NCBI GenBank assembly: GCA_002441445.1
Contig: DJWC01000085.1
Location: forward strand, 34,798 to 98,797
From: Pusillimonas sp. UBA6240
GTDB lineage: Bacteria; Pseudomonadota; Gammaproteobacteria; Burkholderiales; Burkholderiaceae_B
Reading direction: 5' to 3'
DNA length: 64,000 nucleotides
In this document: piece by piece, positions 44,867 to 54,359 of the stretch
Layout of the letters: the number at the start of each line of letters is the position of its first letter
How positions within the stretch are numbered: position 1 is the first letter of the stretch
Notes under the pieces: generated by a model
What the model was told of the DNA's origin: nothing
The model's database searches: none
The model's input: only the letters and a program-made list of their open reading frames with translations
Position numbers and translations under genes: made by a program

Positions 44867-45889
44867 CTATTGAATTTTCACATTGGCTTCCTTGACTACG
44901 CGCTGCCATTTCTGAACATCGTTCTTGACAAAGTCGGCAAAGGCCGCGGGTGTGCTGGTCGCGACTTCATAGCCTTGCCCTTCGAGCTTGGCCTTCACCT
45001 GGGGATTCGACAGGACTTGTTTGAATAAGTCATTCAGTTTTTTGGTGACGGCGTCGGGCAGCTTGGCGGGAGCGAAAATGCCGTACCAAGTGGTCACGTC
45101 ATAGCCCGGTACGCCCGACTCGGCAATGGTCGGAACATCGGGCAGCAGGGGCGAGCGCTTGCTGCCGGTGACAGCCAAGGCTCTGACCTGCCCCGATTTG
45201 ATGAAGCTCATGAGCGGCGGCAGGGTATTGAAGGTAAGATTGACATGCCCCGCAACCAGGTCGCTGTTGCCCGGAGAGGCGCCCTTATAGGGAACGTGCA
45301 CCATCTTCGTGCCTGTCGTCAGCGCGAACATTTCGCCGGCCAAGTGCGGCGAGCCTCCCTGCCCGGAGGATGCATAGGTAAGCTTGCCGGGGGACTCCTT
45401 GGCCAGCGCGATAAGCTCCTTGACCGAATGGGCGGGCAGCTTCGGGTTCACAGCAAGAACATGGGTCGTGTAGCCGATAAGGGTTACCGCTGTGAAGTCT
45501 TTGACGCAATCGTAAGGCAAGTCTTTATATAAGGCCTGGTTGATCGCGTTGGGCCCGATATTACCCAGCAAAATAGTGTAGCCGTCAGCGGGAGAACGGG
45601 CAGCCGCCTCGGTGCCGATGATGCCATTGGCGCCCGGTTTGTTTTCAATAACGACCGCATGCTTGATGCGTTCCGTTATGGCTTCGCCCAGGGTGCGCGC
45701 AAAGATATCCGCCCCTCCTCCCGGCGGGTAGGGAACAATCAATTTAATGGCCTTGTCGGGAAAGCTGGCCGCGGCTTCGGCCGCCGCAGCATCGGCTGCC
45801 GCAGCATCGGCTGCCGCAGCAATCGTGCCGGCCATGGCCAGTACTCCCGATCCGATACACAGGGCCAGCGTACGCAACTTTATTTTCAT
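44867..45889 (-). CDS. Bug/TctC-family periplasmic substrate-binding protein with an Ala-rich repeat linker
   Basis: ATG at 45889 preceded by aaggagg. MKIKLRTLALCIGSGVLAMAG..., then FPDKAIKLIVPYPPGGGAD. The track ORF to 46090 is an over-extension into the upstream gene. Confidence 0.9.
   Translation of the reverse strand: MKIKLRTLALCIGSGVLAMAGTIAAAADAAAADAAAAEAAASFPDKAIKLIVPYPPGGGADIFARTLGEAITERIKHAVVIENKPGANGIIGTEAAARSPADGYTILLGNIGPNAINQALYKDLPYDCVKDFTAVTLIGYTTHVLAVNPKLPAHSVKELIALAKESPGKLTYASSGQGGSPHLAGEMFALTTGTKMVHVPYKGASPGNSDLVAGHVNLTFNTLPPLMSFIKSGQVRALAVTGSKRSPLLPDVPTIAESGVPGYDVTTWYGIFAPAKLPDAVTKKLNDLFKQVLSNPQVKAKLEGQGYEVATSTPAAFADFVKNDVQKWQRVVKEANVKIQ
45768..45821. repeat. 15-bp tandem repeat (about 3.6 copies: gccgcggcttcggcc, gccgcagcatcggct x2, gccgcagca) inside the Bug coding sequence
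   Basis: Read directly. Encodes AAAAD AAAAD AAAAE AAA between the signal peptide and the mature domain. Confidence 0.85.
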
Positions 45890-45890
45890 G

Positions 45891-47396
45891 TCACCTCCTT
45901 GTGGATTGGGACGGGTGCCGAGCGCGCTCGAGCAGTTGCGCGTCCGCATCGTCGAATTGCTGTGCCAGCGTATTGAACGCGATGACGTCCTGCTCAAGGT
46001 TCTCACGCCAAGTTTGGATGGTTTCGGCGAGCCGCGCAGGCGCGACCCCTCCAGGAGAATCCATTCTGCTGATGAAGCCGCTCGGTTCAATGCTGTCGGA
46101 CAGTTCCGCGTCGCTGATCTTCAAATCGCCGACTCCGTATGCAACAGCCGCTGCTCGCACGTGCGCGGATGTAAGATGCTGCGAGCCCCAGTCCAGGCAT
46201 GCCCGTACGGCGGTCCCGACGATTTCGTGAGCCTCGCGAAACGGCAGCCCGCAGTGCACGACCAGCGTGTTCGCGACTTCGGAAGCAGTCGTAAACCCTT
46301 GGGCCAGCACTTCCCGCATCCTGTCCTTATTGAACCGGATGTCTTTTAAAATGGCGGAGGCCAGATGCGCGGCATCGGCGCTCAGGTCCAGTGCTTGATT
46401 GATCGGTTGAAAGCCATGGTTGATCAGACTGTGAGGCCAATCCTCGTTGCGCGCCATCAGGTAAACGGTGGCGAGATGCCCCTGCACCTGCTCGGCGAAG
46501 ACTTTCACGGTTTCCAGAGGCTCGGGGTTGCGCTTCTGCGGCAGGTAGGTACTTGCGGTGGCAAAGGCATCGCTCAGTTGTACCATGCCGAATTCCTGGG
46601 TATGCCAAAGTATGAAATTGCCCATCAGCCTGGCAAGGTGCGATGTGAACAAGGCGGCGTCGGATACCGGTTCTATCATGTAGTCCCAGGCATTCGTGCC
46701 GTCGCCCGCCGATGGTACCGGGCCATCATGGCCCAGCAGCTTTGCGGTGACATCGCGCCGGACCTTGACGCTGGTGCCAACCCCGTTGGCGCTGCCTAGA
46801 GGCGACAAATTATGCCGCAGCAGGCATTGGTGCATTCTTTGGGTGTCGCGCTCGAACCAGGCGGCGAACCGGCCCAGGAAGTGCCCGACGGTCATGACCT
46901 GCGATTGTTGCCAGTGCGTATAGGCGGGCATGATGGTGTGGAGATGTTGTTCACAAGTATCCAGCAGCACGGTGCGCAGTGATAGCTGCGCATTCAGCAG
47001 GCGCATCTGCTTGATGCGCAGCTTCAAGCGCATTGCCGCTGGAATGACATCCCCGCGCGAGCGGCCCAACTGTAGATAGCCGGCCACACCAGCCCCCAGT
47101 TTCGACGCGGCATAGGCTTCTATCTGAGGGTATAAATCCCCATCTTCAGCCTTCAGAGGCACTATTTCCCGGCCCTTCAGGAAAATGTCCAGCATCAGGC
47201 CGACCAGCGCATCGCCCGCCTGATCGGGAACAAGGCCGTGCTCCCGAAGCATGATTGCGTGCGCAAGGTTGACCCGCGACATTGCGCCGAACAGATCGGC
47301 ATGGTCTTCCCCCGCGGCTTCTTTTGTCGCGAAGGTGAGCTTGCGTACGATATCGGCAGGCTCGGTTGAAAGTATGGCGCCGACGCCCAGGGTCAT
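45891..47396 (-). CDS. Argininosuccinate lyase-like protein (fumarate lyase superfamily)
   Basis: About 501 aa. Lyase_1-type sequence (…GSANGVGTS… region). The ATG at 47396 is preceded by gggggaga (alternative ATG at 47411). Its stop is 1 nt from the Bug ATG. Confidence 0.75.
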   Translation of the reverse strand: MTLGVGAILSTEPADIVRKLTFATKEAAGEDHADLFGAMSRVNLAHAIMLREHGLVPDQAGDALVGLMLDIFLKGREIVPLKAEDGDLYPQIEAYAASKLGAGVAGYLQLGRSRGDVIPAAMRLKLRIKQMRLLNAQLSLRTVLLDTCEQHLHTIMPAYTHWQQSQVMTVGHFLGRFAAWFERDTQRMHQCLLRHNLSPLGSANGVGTSVKVRRDVTAKLLGHDGPVPSAGDGTNAWDYMIEPVSDAALFTSHLARLMGNFILWHTQEFGMVQLSDAFATASTYLPQKRNPEPLETVKVFAEQVQGHLATVYLMARNEDWPHSLINHGFQPINQALDLSADAAHLASAILKDIRFNKDRMREVLAQGFTTASEVANTLVVHCGLPFREAHEIVGTAVRACLDWGSQHLTSAHVRAAAVAYGVGDLKISDAELSDSIEPSGFISRMDSPGGVAPARLAETIQTWRENLEQDVIAFNTLAQQFDDADAQLLERARHPSQSTRR

Positions 47397-47503
47397 GGTT
47401 GTCTCCCCCATTGAAAATCTGGTTATTTCGGATATGAATCCTCTTGCCTGATAAGTAATATGGGTGATAAGACGGCGCAGTGGAATCAGAGAATCCCAAA
47501 GAG

Positions 47504-47518
47504 GGTTTCGATGAAACC
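47504..47518. promoter_or_regulatory. Perfect dyad GGTTTC-N3-GAAACC in a divergent LysR/lyase promoter region
   Basis: ggtttcgatgaaacc read directly, 81 nt upstream of the LysR ATG at 47599. Confidence 0.3.
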
Positions 47519-47598
47519 GAAAGCACAGACGATCGCGTTGTCCTTGTCTTCATATTTTTTTTGTTGGATGGTCATGCGCTAACTCGTTTCGAAGCAAT

Positions 47599-48489
47599 AT
47601 GCATTTCGATCTTGCAGACTTGAGTCTATTCATTCACATCGGCGCGTCGTCCACGCTCACCGCTGCGGCCAAGCGCGCGCATTTATCGGTGGCCACGGTT
47701 AGCGGCCGCATCAAGGCGCTCGAGGAACAGCTGGATGCCAGGCTGCTGTACAGGACCAGCCGCGGGATAGAAATGACGCCCGCAGGCGAGAGGCTGCTGC
47801 GGCATGCGCGGCTGATTTGCCGGCAATGCGATGAACTAAAGCGGGAATTCGACAAAAGCGATAATTCGGATACCGCACATATTCGCATTTTCGCCAATAC
47901 CACCGCCGTTACCGAATTCCTGCCGAGAATATTGGCCACTTACCTGGCCAGATGGCCCAATGTCACGATCGACCTTCAGGAGCGGCTGACGCGCGACATC
48001 ATAAGAGGCGTTATAGATGGTTCGACCGATATGGGCATCGTCGCGGGCGAGGTCGACGTACCCGGCTTGCAGGCCTTGCTCTTCAGCACCGACACTTTGG
48101 TGCTCGTTGCGCCGATGGGGCATCCTCTTGCCCGTTGCAAATCGGTGACGCTGGATGAGGTCGCGCAATACCCGATGGTGGGCATGCATGAAGGCTCTAC
48201 CATCGTGAATTTTTTGCGTGAACAATACGAGCATAACGGCCGGATACTGCCATTGCGCATCCAGCTTTACAGTTTCGAGTCCATCTGCAAAATGATCGAG
48301 TTGGGCGTGGGTGTTGGTATCGTCCCCGATTCGGCGGCCAGACGTTATGCTGCCAGCATGGCGCTGTGTATTATGCCCATCGACGAGCCGTGGGTGATCA
48401 GGAAGCGCAGCATATTGCTGCGTAGCGGCATGGCGATATCTCCCTGCACGCAGATGTTGATCGATGCAATCAAACAGGAACTGGCTTAG
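47599..48489 (+). CDS. LysR-family transcriptional regulator
   Basis: 296 aa. LSLFIHIGASSTLTAAAKRAHLSVATVSGRIKALEEQLD wHTH. Confidence 0.9.
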   Translation: MHFDLADLSLFIHIGASSTLTAAAKRAHLSVATVSGRIKALEEQLDARLLYRTSRGIEMTPAGERLLRHARLICRQCDELKREFDKSDNSDTAHIRIFANTTAVTEFLPRILATYLARWPNVTIDLQERLTRDIIRGVIDGSTDMGIVAGEVDVPGLQALLFSTDTLVLVAPMGHPLARCKSVTLDEVAQYPMVGMHEGSTIVNFLREQYEHNGRILPLRIQLYSFESICKMIELGVGVGIVPDSAARRYAASMALCIMPIDEPWVIRKRSILLRSGMAISPCTQMLIDAIKQELA

Positions 48490-48541
48490 GGTCTGCCAAT
48501 GCTAAAAGAGCGGGCGTGAAGGCGGGCGGGGCGACCCGCTG

Positions 48542-49582
48542 TCATTCCAGCCAGTTCAAGTGGCCTCGTGGGTAATTGGTTAGGATTCGATTACCTGTTT
48601 GTGTAGTGACGACCATGTCGCCAATGGCGGCGCCGCCCAACCGGGGAACGAACAAATTCGGATGAAGTTCGAAGAGCATTCCGGGCTGAATGGCCAAGGA
48701 TTTGGCTTGTGCGCCGCCATCGTATGCCTGCGGGAATGCCAGGCTCGCGATGGGATCCTCGTAGGAATGCCCCAGGCCGTGCCCATGGCGGAATCGGAAT
48801 ATTTGATCGTCCAGTTCGGGGTAGTCGCGCTTGATGATATCTTCCGCGGCTAGATGAACCAGCGCAAGATCCGCGCCTGGCGCGAGCTTTGCTTTCATTG
48901 CGGTCCACATCCGCTCGGCCGAACTGAAAACAGCGTCTTGATTCTTTGTGGCGCCCCCCATGGTCCCGCTACGGATGGCGTGCCCCCAGTGTCCATCCAG
49001 CAGCAGGTAAATGCCCAGTAATACTTGATCGCCCTGCTGGGGTGTTCGCTGGCATTCATCCTTGAAGAATCGGCAATAGTCGGCCTCCGGGCCAACGGTA
49101 AGCCATGTCATGCAATATTCGGCCCCGGCGTAACGCGCTACACGCTCCAATTCCGCTGGCAGCTTGCTATGCGCCGCCATGACCAGCGGACTTTCGTTCA
49201 GCAAAATTACGGGCGCCAGATCAATCGCCGGGTCATAGGGCAGATTCGCATACAGCGCCTTTCCGACGCTGACCGGCCCGGGTGTGGCCAGGCCTATCGT
49301 GTACCCATCAGGCTTGGCGTTGGCGACCAGACGCGTACCGATATTACCGCCGGCGCCCCCACGATTCTGTACGACTATCGGCTGGCCCAGCTCTTGCTCC
49401 AGTTTCGCGGCGACTAAACGTGCCACGTTATCGCTGCCCCCTCCTGCCGGATATGGGACGACCAAAGTGACCGGCCTATCAGGATAGCCGGATTGTGCGA
49501 TTGCTGGTGCGGCGCTAAACCCGATAAGAGCGAGCCCGCTTGCAATCAAGAGAATGAGCGATTTGCGGCGCATGCCAAGCAT
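48542..49582 (-). CDS. Chimeric ORF: N-terminal about 145 aa of a Bug/TctC binding protein (with signal peptide) fused in frame to about 200 aa of an M24 (creatinase/prolidase pita-bread) C-terminal domain. Probable deletion-generated fusion or pseudogene.
   Basis: N-terminus MLGMRRKSLILLIASGLALIGFSAAPAIAQSGYPDRPVTLVVPYPAGGGSDN...PLVMAAHSKLPA is Bug-like. C-terminus ...FRHGHGLGHSYEDP...GMLFELHPNLF...GGAAIGDMVVTTQTGNRILTNYPR is M24-like. SD ggaga upstream. Confidence 0.6.
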   Translation of the reverse strand: MLGMRRKSLILLIASGLALIGFSAAPAIAQSGYPDRPVTLVVPYPAGGGSDNVARLVAAKLEQELGQPIVVQNRGGAGGNIGTRLVANAKPDGYTIGLATPGPVSVGKALYANLPYDPAIDLAPVILLNESPLVMAAHSKLPAELERVARYAGAEYCMTWLTVGPEADYCRFFKDECQRTPQQGDQVLLGIYLLLDGHWGHAIRSGTMGGATKNQDAVFSSAERMWTAMKAKLAPGADLALVHLAAEDIIKRDYPELDDQIFRFRHGHGLGHSYEDPIASLAFPQAYDGGAQAKSLAIQPGMLFELHPNLFVPRLGGAAIGDMVVTTQTGNRILTNYPRGHLNWLE

Positions 49583-49621
49583 GATTGTCTCCGGTTATTG
49601 AAATTGAAAAGTTGTGAAGTG

Positions 49622-50566
49622 TCACAGGAAATTTTCAATTGCGCCGCCATCGGCGGCGCTGTGGCCGTTGGCGCATAGATATACTTGCTCGCGCAGCCAT
49701 TTATGGGAGGCGCTGCGGTCATTTCTGGCATGCCAAAGTTGCGTGAATCGCAGCGTCGGCAACGGTAAGGGATGCGGGTGAAATACCAGGTCGGCATGCT
49801 TTTGAAGCTTGATTGCCACCTTGGATGTCGTTGTCAAAAGTAAATTCGTACCCTCGAGGATATCGGGTATGGAGAGCAGAGAAGACACCTGAACGGCGAT
49901 TTGTCTTTGCTTGCCCTGCGTTGAAAGCGCCTGTTCGACGACACCGGCGGCCCCGCCGCCTTGCCGGGGCATGACCAGGTGTTTGCAGCTTAGAAATTCG
50001 TCCACGCCGAACTCCCGCTGCGCCAATGGGTGGCCTGCCCGCATGAGACACACGAAATGGTCCTGGAACAATTCGGTGTGATGTATAGGATGCGTGAAGC
50101 TTGCATCGGATGCCAGGCATAAATCCACCTTGCTGGTTAGCAAAAGATCCTCCGCGGTATGGGTATTGATGTCGATGGTCTGCAGGGAGATGTTGGGCGC
50201 CTGGGCCGACAGCAGTTTGATCAGTTCGGGTAGCAATACATAGGAGCCGTAGTCGGAAATGCCCAGTGTGAAGTGCACCCTGGTCGAGCCGGGGTTGAAG
50301 TGGGGGCTGTCCGATAAAATGTCATCCAGAAGATGGACCGATTGAGTGACATTGTGGTGCATCTCCAGCGCCTTGTGGGTTGGCCGCATGCCGGCGCCCG
50401 AGCGGATGAACAAGGGATCGCGAAAAATCGTCCGCAAATTGGAAAGCCCTTTGCTGACGGCCGATTGATTCAAGCCTAGGCTGTTGGCTGCCCTCGAAAC
50501 ATTGCCTTCGGACATGATCGCCTGGAATATTTGCAGATCCATGATATCAAGGTGTTTTCTGCCCAT
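49622..50566 (-). CDS. LysR-family transcriptional regulator
   Basis: MGRKHLDIMDLQIFQAIMSEGNVSRAANSLGLNQSAVSKGLSNLR. Start at ATG 50566 overlaps the hyuB 3-prime end by 20 nt. Alternative ATG at 50542. Confidence 0.85.
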   Translation of the reverse strand: MGRKHLDIMDLQIFQAIMSEGNVSRAANSLGLNQSAVSKGLSNLRTIFRDPLFIRSGAGMRPTHKALEMHHNVTQSVHLLDDILSDSPHFNPGSTRVHFTLGISDYGSYVLLPELIKLLSAQAPNISLQTIDINTHTAEDLLLTSKVDLCLASDASFTHPIHHTELFQDHFVCLMRAGHPLAQREFGVDEFLSCKHLVMPRQGGGAAGVVEQALSTQGKQRQIAVQVSSLLSIPDILEGTNLLLTTTSKVAIKLQKHADLVFHPHPLPLPTLRFTQLWHARNDRSASHKWLREQVYLCANGHSAADGGAIENFL

Positions 50567-52214
50567 AATGATTTTCCGCCGCCTCTGCTGAGATTTTTCC
50601 TTGCCGATGGTCGGAATGAACGGCCTGGGGGTTTCGCAACTTGGGATCGCCCATACCGCCTCCACCGGGAGTCACTATACGCAACAGGTCACCCGCCCGT
50701 AAGGGGGTGGCCGAGCTGGTGGAAGGCAAGCGTTGCTCTTGCGGCGTGCCCGGATTCAATATGAAGGCGCCTAGTGCGCCCGGCCGGCCGCCATCCATGC
50801 CCTGGGCGTGAAATTTCTGCCTTGCGCTCCGTAACGCCACAGTCATATCTTCCCCGTAAAGCCTAAAGTCACGCACTATCCCCATGCCGCCGCGATGCCG
50901 CCCCGGCCCACCGGAGTCTTCGGCAAGTGCATAACGTTCCACAATCACGGGAAACTCGAGTTCCATCGATTCAACCGGCAAGTTCGAGGTGTTGGTCATG
51001 TGCACATGCACCGCATCCATGCCATCGAAATGATGGCTCGCACCTTGGCCGCCGCAAAAATTCTCGTAATCGATAAAGAAAGTCCCGGTCCGCGGGTCTT
51101 TACCGGAAAGAATCGTGCCTTGGAACGGTCCGCTGGAGGCCATTTGCCGTAGCGGGCATGCCTGGCCGATGGCGTTCATCAGTACGTCGGCCAAAATCAT
51201 CGATGTAACATTGCGTGAGCTGACCGCCGCCGGAGCGACAGGATTGACCACCAACCCCTCGGGCGCAACGACCTTCACCGCGCGGAGCAGACCTTCATTG
51301 ACGGGTCCGTGAGGATCGACAAAACTTTTAAGAACGTAGTACACGGTGGCCAGGGTATGCGGCCAGGGCACATTCTTGCCGCTGCCGATCTGGGGCGCGC
51401 ATCGCGACAGATCGATCAGGATGTGTTGGTCGTCTATGGTAACGTCGGCGGCAAGCAGCACCGGTTCGTCCGTCAAACCGTCTTCGTCGAGCCAGTCGCT
51501 TGCCGAGTAGCTACCCGGACGCATACCGTTGCGTATCCGCTCTTTGACCCGTATCTCGGTGCCATTCAGCATGTCGTTGATCGATTTTTCCATGGTATTG
51601 CGGCCATGCCTGGCATACAGTTGCCCAAGCCTATCCGCTCCACGCTCCACAGCCGCCACCTGTGCCGCCAAGTCGCCTCGACTGAAATGCGGCGTCCGGG
51701 AGTTCAGCAGAAACAGCTCGATCACATCGGCGTTGCGCGTTCCCGCCGTATAAATGCGTAGCGGCGGAATACGTATGCCCTCCTGAAAAATGCTGACCGA
51801 ATCCCCGGCCTCGCTGCCGGGCACCCGTCCGCCGACGTCGGAATGGTGCGCTACCGCGATGGCGAAGGCAACGGATTGCCCATCGACAAAGACCGGTACG
51901 GCCACGGTGCAGTCGTTAAGGTGGGTAACGCCCACAATATAAGGGTCGTTGGCCAGAAAGACATCGCCTGGCCGCAAGGCGTCTACCGGAAACCGAGCCA
52001 GTATCTGGGGCACCAGCCTAAGAGTCGCTCCCAGATGAGCTGGCGCATTGGCCGCCAGCGAAAGCGTGCGCCCCTGTATGTCGCAAATGGCGGTTGAGCA
52101 ATCGCCGCGCTCTTTGATGTTGGGAGAGTACGCAGTCCTGATAAGGCTGGCGAGCATTTCCGCCGTGCAGGCATTCAGCGCGCTTGAAATGATTTCGGTT
52201 GTTCCGGTCCGCAT
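50547..52214 (-). CDS. hyuB: Hydantoinase B / oxoprolinase family protein
   Basis: Hydantoinase_B-type sequence (TEIISSALNACTAEM... N-terminus, ...GGGGMGDP... C-terminus). Start ATG 52214 chosen by N-terminal family pattern. ATG 52286 is possible and would overlap hyuA by 37 nt. Confidence 0.85.
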   Translation of the reverse strand: MRTGTTEIISSALNACTAEMLASLIRTAYSPNIKERGDCSTAICDIQGRTLSLAANAPAHLGATLRLVPQILARFPVDALRPGDVFLANDPYIVGVTHLNDCTVAVPVFVDGQSVAFAIAVAHHSDVGGRVPGSEAGDSVSIFQEGIRIPPLRIYTAGTRNADVIELFLLNSRTPHFSRGDLAAQVAAVERGADRLGQLYARHGRNTMEKSINDMLNGTEIRVKERIRNGMRPGSYSASDWLDEDGLTDEPVLLAADVTIDDQHILIDLSRCAPQIGSGKNVPWPHTLATVYYVLKSFVDPHGPVNEGLLRAVKVVAPEGLVVNPVAPAAVSSRNVTSMILADVLMNAIGQACPLRQMASSGPFQGTILSGKDPRTGTFFIDYENFCGGQGASHHFDGMDAVHVHMTNTSNLPVESMELEFPVIVERYALAEDSGGPGRHRGGMGIVRDFRLYGEDMTVALRSARQKFHAQGMDGGRPGALGAFILNPGTPQEQRLPSTSSATPLRAGDLLRIVTPGGGGMGDPKLRNPQAVHSDHRQGKISAEAAENHYGQKTP

Positions 52215-52249
52215 CGTTGGTGATCCAAAGGGTATTGTCCAGGTGCTGT

Positions 52250-54313
52250 TCAGCCGCGTTCCCAGGTAATTTCCAGGTTGAGCCATGGGTCCACTCGGGC
52301 TTGGAAGCCCGGCGGCACTATCGTGGTGCTGTCCATTTGCTCGATAATGGCCGGCCCGGTCAGTTGATGCCCCGGTCGAAGATGCTTCCGGTGATACACG
52401 GGGCAGCGTGATCGTGATTCGCCGTCGAAGACGGTTTCGCGGTAGCCAGTCGCGCAGGGGGCGTCCGTGTTATCAGGATGGCCTTGTTCCAGGCTTGGAC
52501 GCAGCATGGGCACAATGGCGTCCAGTCGGAGCGTGACGATATCGATCTGGCTGTCGGATTGCCGGTAACCGTACTGGTCTTCATGCGCGCGATGGAAATT
52601 TTGGCGTATGAGTTCAATGCTCTGGTCCTCGATGGAGCCGCCGGGCACGGCAACGGTAATTTCATGATTCTGTCCGCAGTAGCGCACGTCGGCATGGCGC
52701 TCGAAGTACAGGCTCGAAATGTCGATATAGTTGGCGTCGAGATTGCTGCGCGCCTGCTCTTCCATTGACGCAAAGGTGGAGTTCATCACCGGGCGGATGG
52801 CGGGGTCGGACTGTTGAAGCAAAATCGTCTGGCTGAGGTTTTGCTGTATATCCTTGGTCAGTACGCCCAGTGCGCAGAAAACGCCGGCGTTTTTCGGAAT
52901 CAGCACGCGAGCCATACCCACTTCGCGCGCTACCGAGGCTGCATGCAGCGGGCCGGCGCCGCCCAGGGCGATCAGTGTGAAACCCGAGGGGTCGATGCCG
53001 CGTTCGACCGACACCACACGCAGCGCCTGGGCCATATTGGCTTCCGCCAGGGAGACCACTGCGTTTGCCGCCGCGATGAGATTGGTGTTCTTGGCCTGCC
53101 CAATGTCGAGGGCGATCACCTCATGCGAGCGGGCGGCGTTGATTTTTAGCGCGCCATCGAGGAGACTATGCTGGTTCAGGCGCCCCAGAACAACGTTGGC
53201 GTCGGTGACGGTGACATTGTCGCCACCATTCTCGTAACATGCCGGCCCGGGATTGGCGCCCGCGCTTTCGGGCCCTACATTAAGCAGCCCTCCTTCATCG
53301 ACTCGCGCAATACTGCTGCCACCGGCGCCGATGGTGTGAATATCGTGCGAGGTAACGCGGATCGGGTACCACTTGATGGTGCGTTGATAGGTTTTCTGGG
53401 CCTTACCCCGACGGATCATGCATACCTCGGTGCTGGTTCCTCCCATGTCGAAGGTGATGAGATCTTCATAGCCAGTCAGTTTTCCCATGAATTCGGCGCT
53501 GCTGACTCCGCCGCTGGGGCCCGAGAATAGTGTGTCGATGGGGCGTTGTCCGGCCATTTCGGGGCTGAATACGCCGCCGCTGGAGCTCATTACTTTTGGA
53601 GCTACGTTGATGCCCAGCTCGGCGATGGCATGGCTGAATTTGGCGAAATAGCTGCTTGTAACGGGGATGAGCGAAGCGTTAATGGCGGTTGATACAAAAC
53701 GTTCGTATTCTCGAAACTCGGGCATCACATCGAAGGACGTCACCACATGCGCCTCTTTCCATATGCTCTGGATAATTTCGGCCGCCCTGCGCTCATGGCC
53801 TGGGTTTTTGTATGAATTCAGAAAGCAGATGGCGACGCTGACGGCGCCTGCTTGGCGCAATGCCTCCGCAGCGCATACGACATCGGCATCCGATAGGGAA
53901 GTTATGACGCGGCCGTCATGACCCATGCGTTCATTTACTTCCAGCCGCAGCTCGCGCGGCACCGGCACTTGCGGCTTTTGCTGAAATGGGTCGTATACGG
54001 CGGGGCGTTTCTGGCGTGCAATCTCAAGCAGGTCGCGAAAGCCGGACGTCGTGATGAGGCCGGTTTTCGCCACTTTCCATTCAAGCAGCGCGTTCGTCGC
54101 AACAGTGGTGCCCAGGCCGACGAAGGTGACCTGATGCCCGCTGATTCCAACTTGCTCGAATAATTCTTTTAGGCCGTTCAGAGGCGCTAAATGAGGCTGC
54201 GAGGGCGTGGATGACACTTTATGGCTATAGGTTTTTCCAGAGTGCTCTTCCAGAAGAAACAGATCTGTGAATGTTCCGCCAACGTCAATGCCGACGCGAT
54301 AGCTGGGCTGCAT
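52250..54313 (-). CDS. hyuA: Hydantoinase A / oxoprolinase family protein
   Basis: 687 aa. The N-terminus YRVGIDVGGTFTDLFLL is the typical ATPase motif of hydantoinase A. Confidence 0.9.
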   Translation of the reverse strand: MQPSYRVGIDVGGTFTDLFLLEEHSGKTYSHKVSSTPSQPHLAPLNGLKELFEQVGISGHQVTFVGLGTTVATNALLEWKVAKTGLITTSGFRDLLEIARQKRPAVYDPFQQKPQVPVPRELRLEVNERMGHDGRVITSLSDADVVCAAEALRQAGAVSVAICFLNSYKNPGHERRAAEIIQSIWKEAHVVTSFDVMPEFREYERFVSTAINASLIPVTSSYFAKFSHAIAELGINVAPKVMSSSGGVFSPEMAGQRPIDTLFSGPSGGVSSAEFMGKLTGYEDLITFDMGGTSTEVCMIRRGKAQKTYQRTIKWYPIRVTSHDIHTIGAGGSSIARVDEGGLLNVGPESAGANPGPACYENGGDNVTVTDANVVLGRLNQHSLLDGALKINAARSHEVIALDIGQAKNTNLIAAANAVVSLAEANMAQALRVVSVERGIDPSGFTLIALGGAGPLHAASVAREVGMARVLIPKNAGVFCALGVLTKDIQQNLSQTILLQQSDPAIRPVMNSTFASMEEQARSNLDANYIDISSLYFERHADVRYCGQNHEITVAVPGGSIEDQSIELIRQNFHRAHEDQYGYRQSDSQIDIVTLRLDAIVPMLRPSLEQGHPDNTDAPCATGYRETVFDGESRSRCPVYHRKHLRPGHQLTGPAIIEQMDSTTIVPPGFQARVDPWLNLEITWERG

Positions 54314-54359
54314 GGTGAACCTTTGTGTTGCTGGGGTTGAGTGGTATGGAGACGGGCTT

